UHGV virus genome: UHGV-0294963
DNA: 64,000 nucleotides
DNA from: a virus
Strand: one strand, 5' to 3'
How positions within the stretch are numbered: position 1 is the stretch's first letter; each line of letters starts with the position of its first letter. The notes below the pieces were generated by a model, which was not told the origin of the DNA, ran no database searches, and was given only the letters and a program-made list of their open reading frames with translations. Shown here in pieces: positions 38,542 to 46,693 of the stretch. A program made the translations under genes and the position numbers.

Positions 38542-38976
38542 CTAGATATCCTCCGGATTGCCTGGACATATCGAACACCAGTAATCAGAACCCTCAAGAT
38601 ATTGAAACTTACAATCTAAGCAATTACCGTCTGGTTTGTTCATTTTGGTGCTTTGTTTAGCTACATTTCCCTCAGCATCACCGTCCATTCTTGCGCCGCA
38701 ATGTGGACAGAATTCGTAACCTTCGGATACCTTGACATATCTATTAGTGGACTCTTGTTCGCAGACAGAGCAATCCGCTTGATATACGTCAGATACATCA
38801 TTATAAAACTCAGATATCCACCTTCCATGCTTCACAAGCTGTACGTCTGCGGCGGAAACTTTCTGAACTTCTTTATCTATACCATCAAGCATTAGAATAG
38901 CACCCATATTTTGTAAACCCTGTCGATGCTTATAGATAATATCAGATACGCACTCACTACTTATATATTTAGCCAT
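38542..38976 (-). CDS. zinc-ribbon protein, paralog of next gene (start moved to MAKYISSE)
   Basis: C-terminal CPHCGARMDGDAEG is shared with the neighbouring CFGCGAKMDGDTDG. Confidence 0.45.
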   Translation of the reverse strand: MAKYISSECVSDIIYKHRQGLQNMGAILMLDGIDKEVQKVSAADVQLVKHGRWISEFYNDVSDVYQADCSVCEQESTNRYVKVSEGYEFCPHCGARMDGDAEGNVAKQSTKMNKPDGNCLDCKFQYLEGSDYWCSICPGNPEDI

Positions 38977-39295
38977 CTGTATCACCGTCCATTTTTGCAC
39001 CACAGCCGAAGCAGTATCTGAAGTCATTCCTGTTCCATGACTTGCTACCTCTTTCCTGTCCACAGTTCTCGCAATATGCGTTGTACGTCCCGTCACCCAT
39101 GGGAATCCATCTTGAATGAATCATAGACTGTGCGTCTGCGGCTGGGGTATCTTTGGGAATAACTATAAAATCATTTAGCAGTTCATCGATATGCTCATCT
39201 GTCCATACTGGAGATTCATTGCTCACACTGGATATATACCAATCAGACAGATAGCCATTACCCACAGCAGCTTCTTTGTTTATATACTCAGCCAT
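38969..39295 (-). CDS. zinc-ribbon protein, paralog of previous gene (start MAEYINKE with RBS AAGGAGGTAG)
   Basis: Tandem duplication of a CxxC...CxxCGAxMDGD module. Confidence 0.45.
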   Translation of the reverse strand: MAEYINKEAAVGNGYLSDWYISSVSNESPVWTDEHIDELLNDFIVIPKDTPAADAQSMIHSRWIPMGDGTYNAYCENCGQERGSKSWNRNDFRYCFGCGAKMDGDTDG

Positions 39296-39308
39296 TTTCA
39301 CTACCTCC

Positions 39309-39608
39309 TTACTTATCTTCGTCATCGTAGCAGTAATGTCTTTCATCCGGGTCTGCTAATACCAATTTTGAACAGCTCTGTGCAGAGGCTTGTTCTGGTG
39401 TAAGGTCGCCGTAGAGGTCGTGATAATAGTTAGGGTGATATACCTTGAGGTACGCAGTGTCATTTATGCAGTCCGTGTAGCCTCTTGGGCAGGTAGGTAC
39501 ATAAGCTTGAAATAATGAGTGTGTTGGAACATCTGCATAGACAGGGTTCTCGCGGCATTCTATACATCTTGACTTGTCGGTTGCACATACATCGCATCTA
39601 GATAACAT
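39309..39608 (-). CDS. Cys-rich small protein
   Basis: 99 aa ORF. Confidence 0.45.
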   Translation of the reverse strand: MLSRCDVCATDKSRCIECRENPVYADVPTHSLFQAYVPTCPRGYTDCINDTAYLKVYHPNYYHDLYGDLTPEQASAQSCSKLVLADPDERHYCYDDEDK

Positions 39609-39642
39609 AATCAGTCCTCCTCTTGATAAGACAAATCTCTAG

Positions 39643-40083
39643 CTATACCTCATCATAGAAATCATCGTGATAGACAGAGTCGTCGAAATAATCACGAGCT
39701 TCGCTACAGGTGTACCAGCAGTATTCGACAAGCCTCAGTTCGTCTGGTTTAATTTCTCTGCCGCTAAGAAGCTTGCTGAACTTATTGCTGTACTTCGCAT
39801 ACTCTGCAAAGCTTAACCGTCTCGCTCTACCCCAGTCACCCTCAACATCGTCCTTAGAAGACAGAACATAATCAAGGAAGAAATTGGTAGTAGGTGCAAT
39901 TTCAAAATTTGTACCTGCAAGACAACTTTCTATATCCCAGTCTCCTTCAGCATTGAATATTCTACAGGCTTCCTCAACAGATATCTGCATTCTTATAACT
40001 TTTCTGTGACAATAATCACTCATTTTCATTCTCCTTTCTGAACAATGGAACCATGTCGTCACCACTCTAGTGACAGTATGCAA
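39643..40083 (-). CDS. hypothetical protein
   Basis: 146 aa ORF. Confidence 0.45.
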   Translation of the reverse strand: MHTVTRVVTTWFHCSERRMKMSDYCHRKVIRMQISVEEACRIFNAEGDWDIESCLAGTNFEIAPTTNFFLDYVLSSKDDVEGDWGRARRLSFAEYAKYSNKFSKLLSGREIKPDELRLVEYCWYTCSEARDYFDDSVYHDDFYDEV

Positions 40084-40170
40084 TAAGCTGTAACGATAAT
40101 ACAGGATAAGGTACCTACCGTGAAGATAATATAGATTAGGTATTCTAACAGATTAAATATCGCTTTCATA

Positions 40171-40395
40171 TTACTCGACCTCTTTCGTATCGAACACATC
40201 TGGTATGATTACGATAGCATCATCAGGCAATCCGCGTTGTCTTAGAACACTATGCCACCCATCCGGGTCACTTTCATACTGTCTACGAGTCAGATATAGA
40301 TATTCCTCTTCTGGCTGACCTGAATCATGGAACAGACGCTCAGCTGCCTGTTCGATTGCTTTCTTGAGCTTTTCCTTGTAATATTTGCTAGACAC
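40171..40395 (-). CDS. hypothetical small protein
   Basis: 74 aa ORF. Confidence 0.4.
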   Translation of the reverse strand: MSSKYYKEKLKKAIEQAAERLFHDSGQPEEEYLYLTRRQYESDPDGWHSVLRQRGLPDDAIVIIPDVFDTKEVE

Positions 40396-40408
40396 AGTAT
40401 CAACTCCT

Positions 40409-40453
40409 TTACTGTACCTATATTATAACATATTGCGGTGTGGGTAACGAAGT
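40409..40453 (-). promoter_or_regulatory. conserved promoter element copy
   Basis: ctgtacctatattataacatattgcggtgtgggtaacgaagtt. Confidence 0.55.
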
Positions 40454-40469
40454 TGCGAAGCACCGCATA

Positions 40470-41050
40470 AGCACTCTAAAATTCCAGAATTGTCAACCGC
40501 AAGCTAGGAGTCGGGACTTCTGATATAGAAACTTTTTGCGAGAAATCGTGCTAGCAGAAAACGGTATCTAGGATTCTGGGGGTGTGGATTACCTGACACG
40601 AGAAGCTGGGCTTTCGAAATCAAGGGAGTCAAGAACCAGGGCTGGGAGACCGAGGAGTAGGGTTCGTAACCGGGAGCTGGGAGGTAGGGGTAGGGGGTAA
40701 AGGGTAGGGGATAGGGGGTTTGGATATGGAGACTTTTTGCGAAATCAGTGTCGGAGAAAAAACGTAAAAAGCGGGTCCGTAGTATCGGAATACCGTTGAA
40801 AGGTATTTCAGGACCGGTATTTTCGGGCGATTATTTTAAGGTATCTACAGCAGAACTTCGGTATTTTCCTGGTTTTGTGTTATATAACACATCTAGCAGA
40901 ACGACTCGAAGCTCCTTGCTACCAGCCTGAACCTAGCACGCTAACGCACGCTAAGGGCTTGCTGCTAGACATATGTTATACATCGTAGCTATGTTACCCT
41001 TAGCGTGCGTTGTGCTGCTATGTGCTGCTTTAGCGCTCACGAGCTCGTTG
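40470..41050. other. ~580 bp non-coding region with G-quadruplex motif, direct repeats, iteron-like GGTATTT(T)C repeats and palindromes; candidate replication origin / regulatory hub
   Basis: The G4 motif is GGGAGGTAGGGGTAGGGGGTAAAGGGTAGGGGATAGGGGG at ~40675-40715. AGCTGGG is repeated. GAnACTTTTTGCGA(G)AAATC occurs as a direct repeat at ~40528 and ~40728. GTGTTATATAACAC is a 14 bp palindrome at ~40884. CGCACGCTAAGGG/CCCTTAGCGTGCG is a perfect inverted pair at ~40940-41020. Confidence 0.5.
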
Positions 41051-41051
41051 C

Positions 41052-41486
41052 TTAAATGAGTGGCATTCTCCACCAAGCACTGTCTTCTTTGAGCTCTTCT
41101 GGGACTGCTCCGTTCGAATCCAAGATATAGAATGCCAGCTGTGCTGCTTGCTGCATTACCGTGGGGTGCATCGAACCCCTGACCACTCTCAGACTTACTT
41201 CCTTAAGAATTCCTTCCTGTCCCTCTTCGAGCCCTAAGCCAGAAGCGATAAGCTTCTTTGCTAACTCGATACTTCTCTCATCTCGACCGTCGGGGTAACG
41301 CTGTGCCATTGCCAGCACAAAAGCTACGCTGAAGTTATAGGCTTCCTCACCTACCTGAGCGTCTTCGATTGCCTGTGCGATTTCTGGAACACGCTTTGCG
41401 AACCCAAAGCTATTTGCTTCACTATCGAGCTCTTTGGTTGCCAAGGCATAAGCTCTTGCTTTAAGACATTCGATGAACTTATCCAT
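41052..41486 (-). CDS. hypothetical protein (start at MDKFIE ATG with strong RBS GGAGGTATAG)
   Basis: The ORF-table longer form starts at a GTG without an RBS. Confidence 0.45.
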   Translation of the reverse strand: MDKFIECLKARAYALATKELDSEANSFGFAKRVPEIAQAIEDAQVGEEAYNFSVAFVLAMAQRYPDGRDERSIELAKKLIASGLGLEEGQEGILKEVSLRVVRGSMHPTVMQQAAQLAFYILDSNGAVPEELKEDSAWWRMPLI

Positions 41487-41600
41487 ATCTATACCTCCTA
41501 TAAGGGTGTCCGGTTGAGTAAGCATTGTTCTCACTACTGCGAGAACTCGGACTGTGGTTTCTATGACCTACGCTGTGACGCAGTCGTCTTACCCAACCCA

Positions 41601-41656
41601 TTGTTTGTTTTTACTGTATCTATATTATAACACACGACGGTGGTTGAAACGAAGTT
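41601..41656 (-). promoter_or_regulatory. conserved promoter element copy
   Basis: tgtttgtttttactgtatctatattataacacacgacggtggttgaaacgaagtt. Confidence 0.6.
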
Positions 41657-41663
41657 CTAGAAC

Positions 41664-41840
41664 CTAGAACAGAACTGTGAAAAAGTTCCAAGTGAAGTAC
41701 ATCGGGTTTACTTCGTCGTTGTGCAGCACAATATTACAGTACGACACTACAACCCAGACGACAAATAAGAACATTGCGGTGAGGAAGAAGCTCTCGAGCA
41801 CTCTATCCCATCTGATGTGTCTACGTCTTGTTCTCTCCAT
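41664..41840 (-). CDS. small membrane protein (58 aa, below ORF-table cutoff)
   Basis: ATG at 41840 with RBS GGAGGAAACG and its own promoter copy upstream. Sequence MERTRRRHIRWDRVLESFFLTAMFLFVVWVVVSYCNIVLHNDEVNPMYFTWNFFTVLF has one TM helix. Confidence 0.4.
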   Translation of the reverse strand: MERTRRRHIRWDRVLESFFLTAMFLFVVWVVVSYCNIVLHNDEVNPMYFTWNFFTVLF

Positions 41841-41896
41841 AATCGTTTCCTCCTAAGCCTTATGCTTTCTTTTTCTGTTGTTTGTTTTACTGTATC

Positions 41897-41950
41897 TATA
41901 TTATAACATTTCTAGAATAGATTTACGAAGTTTGGAGTTACCAATTATAA
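41897..41950 (-). promoter_or_regulatory. conserved promoter element copy
   Basis: tgtttgttttactgtatctatattataacatttctagaatagatttacgaagtt. Confidence 0.6.
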
Positions 41951-42039
41951 CCATAATTAAAGAACACACCCTTAGGCGTGCTCTTTATTTTGCGGTGGTT
42001 TTGCTACGATTCTGCTTGGAGTCACCTTATTCATGGTTA

Positions 42040-42085
42040 CATTATACAAGAAGCACAACCGTGTGGTATGCGTTAGCTGCTAACG
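42040..42085. repeat. family B element (ACCGTGTGGTATGCGTTAGCTGCTAACGTG)
   Basis: Nearly identical to the 2330-2360 copy. Confidence 0.45.
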
Positions 42086-42552
42086 TGATTGAGAAAGTAT
42101 TCTGTGAACGGGGCTTCACACTGTCGCCAACGCTCCTCGGTATAGGCTGCCACAATGCGGTCCCAAGCTTGGTCTTCTGTCAGACCTTCTGCTGTCATCA
42201 AGGATTTCAGAATAGTACCGTAATGGCATTTCGAGTTACCAAACTCTCCACACACATATCCATACCGTGCCATGATATATTCTTTGCTACCGAACTTTGC
42301 AGCACGAGCGTCTTCTGCGTGTATCCGAGCTGACCTGCACGCTCCAGTATTCCATCTTATCTCTTCTTGAATGCTATTCTGTTGAGCAGGGTAATAAGCA
42401 GCACGTTCAGATTGCCATGCCGAAGCTCTAGCCCTAGCCTCTGCCCTCCGAGCCTCTTCACGCTGAACTTCGGCCTGAGCTTCAGCTAGATACTCAGCAG
42501 CTCTCTTAGCATTGCGCATTTCTTCCCAAGTCCATTGAACACCGTTCGGCAT
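42073..42552 (-). CDS. hypothetical protein (start MPNGVQW with RBS AAAGGAGGTG)
   Basis: Has an Ala/Arg/Glu-rich central coiled-coil-like segment. Confidence 0.5.
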   Translation of the reverse strand: MPNGVQWTWEEMRNAKRAAEYLAEAQAEVQREEARRAEARARASAWQSERAAYYPAQQNSIQEEIRWNTGACRSARIHAEDARAAKFGSKEYIMARYGYVCGEFGNSKCHYGTILKSLMTAEGLTEDQAWDRIVAAYTEERWRQCEAPFTEYFLNHVSS

Positions 42553-42554
42553 AA

Positions 42555-42818
42555 TTACACCTCCTTTAATTCGTACCAGTCTGGGTCGTAGCAAGAACCC
42601 ATAATGTTGTGCGCTGCATTGTTAAGAGCAGCCACAAGACCCTTGCCGGACTTGGGATTAGTGTTAACCTTACGGCAACCCTTCTCATGCTGCCAAGATG
42701 CGCCACATTCGAGTTTGTATCCGAATACGTGTCCGATGAGATACTCGAGAGTGCCGGTGTACTCGGTTTCTCTTCCCTTGTGGTGACAGATAACAGTGTA
42801 TTCTTTCTTCTGTGCCAT
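42555..42818 (-). CDS. hypothetical protein
   Basis: 87 aa ORF. Confidence 0.45.
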   Translation of the reverse strand: MAQKKEYTVICHHKGRETEYTGTLEYLIGHVFGYKLECGASWQHEKGCRKVNTNPKSGKGLVAALNNAAHNIMGSCYDPDWYELKEV

Positions 42819-42844
42819 AATCGTTACCTCCTACGGATTGTCGG

Positions 42845-42899
42845 TGTTGTTTTTATTGTATCTATATTATACAGGATGCGAGGTGGGAGTTACGAAGTT
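42845..42899 (-). promoter_or_regulatory. conserved promoter element copy
   Basis: ttttattgtatctatattatacaggatgcgaggtgggagttacgaagtt. Confidence 0.55.
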
Positions 42900-43230
42900 A
42901 TTCTTCCCGCTCTTCCTTGATGTAGCAGTATTCGACTTTCCAACTATCTGGCACATACTGCTCCAATCTGATGTTATCATCGTCACCTGCTAAGCTACTG
43001 GCAAAGATTGACCTGCCGATGTTCGACGGGATGAAGAACTTATTGTGATTGGTGAACGCATAACTGCGAGACTCCAAGCTGTATTCTTGATTAAAGCTGT
43101 TCGATGAAATAACTGCGACCATCACGCACGTAGCAGACTTATCACCCTTGACATGAATGTCGTGCTTCTTATTGAACTCAATAAGATACTGAACTGCTTC
43201 CTGCCAGGTCATTCTTCTATTAGCTGACAT
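42898..43230 (-). CDS. hypothetical protein
   Basis: 110 aa ORF. Confidence 0.45.
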   Translation of the reverse strand: MSANRRMTWQEAVQYLIEFNKKHDIHVKGDKSATCVMVAVISSNSFNQEYSLESRSYAFTNHNKFFIPSNIGRSIFASSLAGDDDNIRLEQYVPDSWKVEYCYIKEEREE

Positions 43231-43231
43231 A

Positions 43232-43411
43232 TTACTCTACCTCCTCTTCTAGCATGTCTACGATAGCTCCGTGTATAACTCGCTTAATACTGGCACCCAT
43301 GACACCTTTGCTAAGCCAACGGCTTACTTCTGTATAGCTTCTGAATTCTTTGACAATCTCCCCATTGTCTATTGCTACGTATCTGGTGTTTGCGTTAAAC
43401 TGTCTTTCCAT
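43232..43411 (-). CDS. small protein (59 aa, below ORF-table cutoff)
   Basis: ATG at 43411 with RBS CAAGGAGGTAGC and a promoter copy upstream. Sequence is MERQFNANTRYVAIDNGEIVKEFRSYTEVSRWLSKGVMGASIKRVIHGAIVDMLEEEVE. Confidence 0.4.
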   Translation of the reverse strand: MERQFNANTRYVAIDNGEIVKEFRSYTEVSRWLSKGVMGASIKRVIHGAIVDMLEEEVE

Positions 43412-43436
43412 AAGCTACCTCCTTGTGGTCTAGGAC

Positions 43437-43496
43437 TTGTTTTATTGTATCTATATTATAACATATCTACACCTGCAATACGAAGTTTCCAGAACC
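43437..43496 (-). promoter_or_regulatory. conserved promoter element copy
   Basis: ttgttttattgtatctatattataacatatctacacctgcaatacgaagtt. Confidence 0.6.
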
Positions 43497-43573
43497 GTGA
43501 TACCACAGCAAGAGCCCCAGGCTCCCTGCCCAGGGCTCTTGACTTCGACTTAGGAGGTCGGGTATTGGTTAGA

Positions 43574-44248
43574 TTACTCTGCTACATCGAACGGGTCCTC
43601 AACCTCGTCCTCTGTAGGAGCTTCGGCTGCTGCTTTCTTTGCTGCCTTCTCGGCTTCCTTAGCAGCCTTTGCTGCTGCTTTCTCTTCTGCTTCTTTTGCC
43701 TTTGCTGCAGCCTTTTCTATTGCTTCGGGGTTTTCCCACTTGCCTGCGGTTGTACCTGCATCTATCTGCGCGATGATGTCAGTGAACTCTCTGAGCACCA
43801 ACGCTGCTTTCTCGGTAGTGTCGTGCTTTGTCTTAGCAAAACGAGCTGCGAAATCGGAAATTGTGCTTGCCATTCCTCTGAGTGGAATACCTGCTTCGAC
43901 GAACGCTCTTACGTTGCGTATATCAACAAGATTGACGAATTTATTCTCGTTGATGGTCTTGAGCACTGCCTTAGGGTCTTCGCCTGCTGCTACTGTGATT
44001 ACGTCCCAGAACATTGCGTCGTTCTTGTTACGAGTTGCTGTAATGTACAGCATTGTTCTATCCTCGTCTGCTGGAACGATGACGTCGTTGAACTTCGGGA
44101 GCTTTACCTCAGGAGCCTGAACCTCTGTAATCTCGATTGCCTCTGTGCTGTTGATAACCTCGTTTGCCATAGTAGCATCCTCCTTCTTGATAGTAGCAGT
44201 TTCGTTGATTTCCTGTACGTCTATGTTCTTAATGATTTCCTGTGCCAT
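43574..44248 (-). CDS. paralog family protein A (conserved ~130 aa C-terminal domain shared with 48092..48658 and 52552..53247)
   Basis: Start moved to MAQEIIKN; the upstream 25 codons are translated promoter. Shares LYITATRNKND...MFWDVITV...LRGMASTISDFAARF...IDAGTTAGKWENPE with the other two. The variable N-terminus is an E/T/V-rich low-complexity region. C-terminus is KAAAKAKEAEEKAAAK. Confidence 0.55.
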   Translation of the reverse strand: MAQEIIKNIDVQEINETATIKKEDATMANEVINSTEAIEITEVQAPEVKLPKFNDVIVPADEDRTMLYITATRNKNDAMFWDVITVAAGEDPKAVLKTINENKFVNLVDIRNVRAFVEAGIPLRGMASTISDFAARFAKTKHDTTEKAALVLREFTDIIAQIDAGTTAGKWENPEAIEKAAAKAKEAEEKAAAKAAKEAEKAAKKAAAEAPTEDEVEDPFDVAE

Positions 44249-44278
44249 AATATTTTCCTCCTTGAACCTTATCGGTTT

Positions 44279-44330
44279 GTGTTTTATTGTGCTTACATTA
44301 TAACATGAATACGTCTGTATCACGAAGTTG
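44279..44330 (-). promoter_or_regulatory. conserved promoter element copy (tandem 1)
   Basis: gtgttttattgtgcttacattataacatgaatacgtctgtatcacgaagtt. Confidence 0.55.
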
Positions 44331-44368
44331 TGTAAGCACTGTTTCTTTGGTTACAGTACCCAACCGGT

Positions 44369-44421
44369 GTGTTGTTTACTGTGCTTATATTGTAACATAC
44401 ACTGGTGTCGTTTACGAAGTT
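44369..44421 (-). promoter_or_regulatory. conserved promoter element copy (tandem 2)
   Basis: tgttgtttactgtgcttatattgtaacatacactggtgtcgtttacgaagtt. Confidence 0.5.
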
Positions 44422-44427
44422 TCTACA

Positions 44428-44793
44428 TCAGTGACCTCTTCTGCTGAACCTATCAAAGTCTCTGCCTACCTGCCGTTTCGTTTCGTCCAACTGGTCGTCA
44501 ATCATCTTAAGAATGACTTCCTGAACGATGCGGCACACCTCGACACCTGAAGGTTTGTGCCCTAACGCAGCCTCCAGGGCATCTCTTGCTGGGATGTTCC
44601 GAGTCACACCGTCTATTGTGCAAGACATTGAAGTGTCTGGCTTCTGCTCAAAGAAGATGTTCTTGTCGTCCTCTCTGCTGTACATATAGTATGTCAGCGT
44701 GCCTCTGGCAAATGCTGCTTTTCTTATTACAAAGCCCATCGACTTCTCAAAGAAGGTTTTGAGCTGAGTATCCTTTTCGGTTACATTTCCCAT
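44428..44793 (-). CDS. hypothetical protein
   Basis: 121 aa ORF. Confidence 0.45.
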   Translation of the reverse strand: MGNVTEKDTQLKTFFEKSMGFVIRKAAFARGTLTYYMYSREDDKNIFFEQKPDTSMSCTIDGVTRNIPARDALEAALGHKPSGVEVCRIVQEVILKMIDDQLDETKRQVGRDFDRFSRRGH

Positions 44794-44813
44794 TCTGTAC
44801 CCTCCTTACCGGG

Positions 44814-44869
44814 TTGTGTTTTATTGTGCTTATATTATAACATTTCATGATTAAGAAAACGAAGTTTGA
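44814..44869 (-). promoter_or_regulatory. conserved promoter element copy
   Basis: gttgtgttttattgtgcttatattataacatttcatgattaagaaaacgaagtt. Confidence 0.55.
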
Positions 44870-44959
44870 TTTACCAAGAATGCCGTGCAGCACATTGCTT
44901 GAGGTATTATTATGCAATAAAAATACCTCGATTATGCAGTGGTTTTGCTTGAGGTAATA

Positions 44960-45045
44960 ATGTTACCAATAAAAGTATACATCGCACACCACCACACGGT
45001 ATACCGTAGCGTGCTGTGTCTGCGGTGAATACCGATAGATAGCAG
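44960..45045. repeat. family B element (CACGGTATACCGTAGCGTGCTGTGT)
   Basis: caccacacggtataccgtagcgtgctgtgtctgcgg. Confidence 0.45.
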
Positions 45046-45048
45046 TAA

Positions 45049-45120
45049 GCATTTATAGAGCTTCGAGTATCCATATGGTTTTGTGTTATATAACACATTT
45101 TACCGTGCATACCGAAGCTC
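45049..45120. repeat. ~70 bp palindromic element centred on GTGTTATATAACAC with TAGAGCTTCG / CGAAGCTCTA arms
   Basis: atagagcttcgagtatccatatggttttgtgttatataacacattttaccgtgcataccgaagctctacgaac. Confidence 0.5.
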
Positions 45121-45129
45121 TACGAACCC

Positions 45130-45156
45130 ATAATAAAAGCGGCATAAGCCGCTTTT
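45130..45156 (-). terminator. rho-independent terminator
   Basis: Stem AAAAGCGGC/GCCGCTTTT with loop ATAA. On the - strand it is followed by TTTTATTAT. It lies directly after the stop of 45158..45448. Confidence 0.7.
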
Positions 45157-45157
45157 A

Positions 45158-45448
45158 TCACTTCTTAATATGATGTCGCTTCCTAAAGAAATTCAATGCC
45201 TTGCGATATCTGCTGACATCAGCATCTATGAATCGAAGCGGTTCAGTCACCTCAACTTCGACCTCGACCTCGACGTCTGTAGACTCATCAGCATCTGGCA
45301 GTTTCGCTACCAGAGTTGAGCCTATCCTCGTCAGCTCCTCTTTAGTCCCTACCACTTCAGGAAGCCAGGTTGTAAAATCGATGATGTCTTGTGTGGATTC
45401 CCATAACCGGTACACCCGGTCAGGGGTTATTGTCTCTTTCTGTGCCAT
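45158..45448 (-). CDS. hypothetical protein
   Basis: 96 aa. Contains an EVEVEVEVTE repeat. Confidence 0.45.
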   Translation of the reverse strand: MAQKETITPDRVYRLWESTQDIIDFTTWLPEVVGTKEELTRIGSTLVAKLPDADESTDVEVEVEVEVTEPLRFIDADVSRYRKALNFFRKRHHIKK

Positions 45449-45474
45449 ATCTGTCTCCTTTATGTACTACTGGT

Positions 45475-45807
45475 TTAATCAGGTGGTAATGCTTCGACAC
45501 GACTTAACAGCTTGCGAAAATCAATTCCGTATTCCGTTTCGATATGCTTTCTGATGTCCAGGGCGTTATATGGTTGAAGCCAAGGAGCAAGCTCAGGTAT
45601 GTCGGTTAGAGACAACATGTCTTCGAATAGCTTTGTCTGTCTTTTCTGCTTCCAACCTTGAGCCATCTCTAGAACGTACATCACGAATGCCATACCCTGA
45701 ATTGCACCTTCGAGTGTTGCCTGCTGATAACGCTGATTGAACTCGTTCTGAAGCTTAGCAGCCACTACCTGTTTCAGCTGGTCCACTGTTTGTATTCTCG
45801 ATTTCAT
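45475..45807 (-). CDS. hypothetical protein
   Basis: 110 aa ORF. Confidence 0.45.
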   Translation of the reverse strand: MKSRIQTVDQLKQVVAAKLQNEFNQRYQQATLEGAIQGMAFVMYVLEMAQGWKQKRQTKLFEDMLSLTDIPELAPWLQPYNALDIRKHIETEYGIDFRKLLSRVEALPPD

Positions 45808-45961
45808 GGTGCACCTCCTTTACGTCGTAGATACGAACATCGTCATGCAAATTGAACCGCTCTCTTGCCAGCATACCAACACCTTCGAATCTTGGAGCGA
45901 GAATCTCTCCGCTCCCTGTCTGCCCGTTGCGTAAGATGTATCTAAATCTGAACTTTCGCAT
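45755..45961 (-). CDS. hypothetical small protein
   Basis: 68 aa with RBS AAGGAGGTTGC. Its 3' end overlaps the next gene. Confidence 0.4.
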   Translation of the reverse strand: MRKFRFRYILRNGQTGSGEILAPRFEGVGMLARERFNLHDDVRIYDVKEVHHEIENTNSGPAETGSGC

Positions 45962-45971
45962 AGCAACCTCC

Positions 45972-46355
45972 TTAATATCTCATGCGGATTCTGACAACAC
46001 GACCCTTCGACACCTTTCTTATGCCGCGCTCTGCCAGATAACTCATGAGCTTGTCGAGTGCGACGTAGCGAGACTCTTTGATATCGTAGTCACACAGGTC
46101 TTCACCAGACTCCTTATGAGCTTCGTAGCTCACGAATACACCCAGGGTGGTGGATCCGTCCGGATAACGGAGCATTCGGATTCCACCGAGTTTCACCTTT
46201 TTATAGTTCGCAATAGAACCCCAAACCCCTTCGTATGCGCGAAACGTACTGGGATTCTCGAGAGCGATGATACCGAGCTCTGCGAGCTGAGAAACAACCT
46301 GTCCTACAAGTGCGATATTCTTATCCATATGAGTACCTCCTAAGTAAGTGAACAA
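45972..46355 (-). CDS. hypothetical protein
   Basis: 127 aa ORF. Confidence 0.45.
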   Translation of the reverse strand: MFTYLGGTHMDKNIALVGQVVSQLAELGIIALENPSTFRAYEGVWGSIANYKKVKLGGIRMLRYPDGSTTLGVFVSYEAHKESGEDLCDYDIKESRYVALDKLMSYLAERGIRKVSKGRVVRIRMRY

Positions 46356-46403
46356 CGACTTGTTCTATTGTATCTTAATTATACAAGATTTCGGTAGTGG
46401 TTC
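46351..46403 (-). promoter_or_regulatory. conserved promoter element copy (variant)
   Basis: ttgttctattgtatcttaattatacaagatttcggtagtggttcacgaagtt. Confidence 0.5.
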
Positions 46404-46411
46404 ACGAAGTT

Positions 46412-46630
46412 TCACGTTCCTACGATAAGACCTGTGAGGTCTCCTACTTGACTGCGAGCTTCTTTAATTGCTTCGGCTTTTGCCTGAGAATAGGTTCCGG
46501 ATTTAATAATCGGATCCTCGAAATCTGTACCGCGAGTGGACACGATAAAGAATGCCCAAGTGCCCATCCCTCTAGGTCTGCGACCGTAAACCTCTTCGTA
46601 TGTGTCTGTGAAAATCTCTATCTTTGCCAT
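46412..46630 (-). CDS. hypothetical small protein (start MAKIEIF; ORF-table N-terminus MCYNIDTIKHGGIH is promoter plus RBS)
   Basis: RBS GGAGGTATTC lies before the second ATG. Confidence 0.5.
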   Translation of the reverse strand: MAKIEIFTDTYEEVYGRRPRGMGTWAFFIVSTRGTDFEDPIIKSGTYSQAKAEAIKEARSQVGDLTGLIVGT

Positions 46631-46641
46631 ATGAATACCTC

Positions 46642-46693
46642 CATGTTTTATTGTATCTATATTATAACACATTCAGACTGGGGATGCGAAGTT
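46642..46693 (-). promoter_or_regulatory. conserved promoter element copy (near-consensus)
   Basis: atgttttattgtatctatattataacacattcagactggggatgcgaagtt. Confidence 0.65.

Noticed and set aside
40748-40930. 60 aa + strand ORF (GTG start, SEKKRKKRVR...) inside the G4/iteron region
   Set aside because: It has no convincing RBS. It reads straight through the iteron and palindrome elements and is on the strand opposite to every neighbouring gene. It is more likely a chance ORF in structured non-coding DNA.
43500-43530. Hairpin AGAGCCC...GGGCTCT as terminator
   Set aside because: A stem is present, but no T-tract follows on either strand. It was left unannotated.
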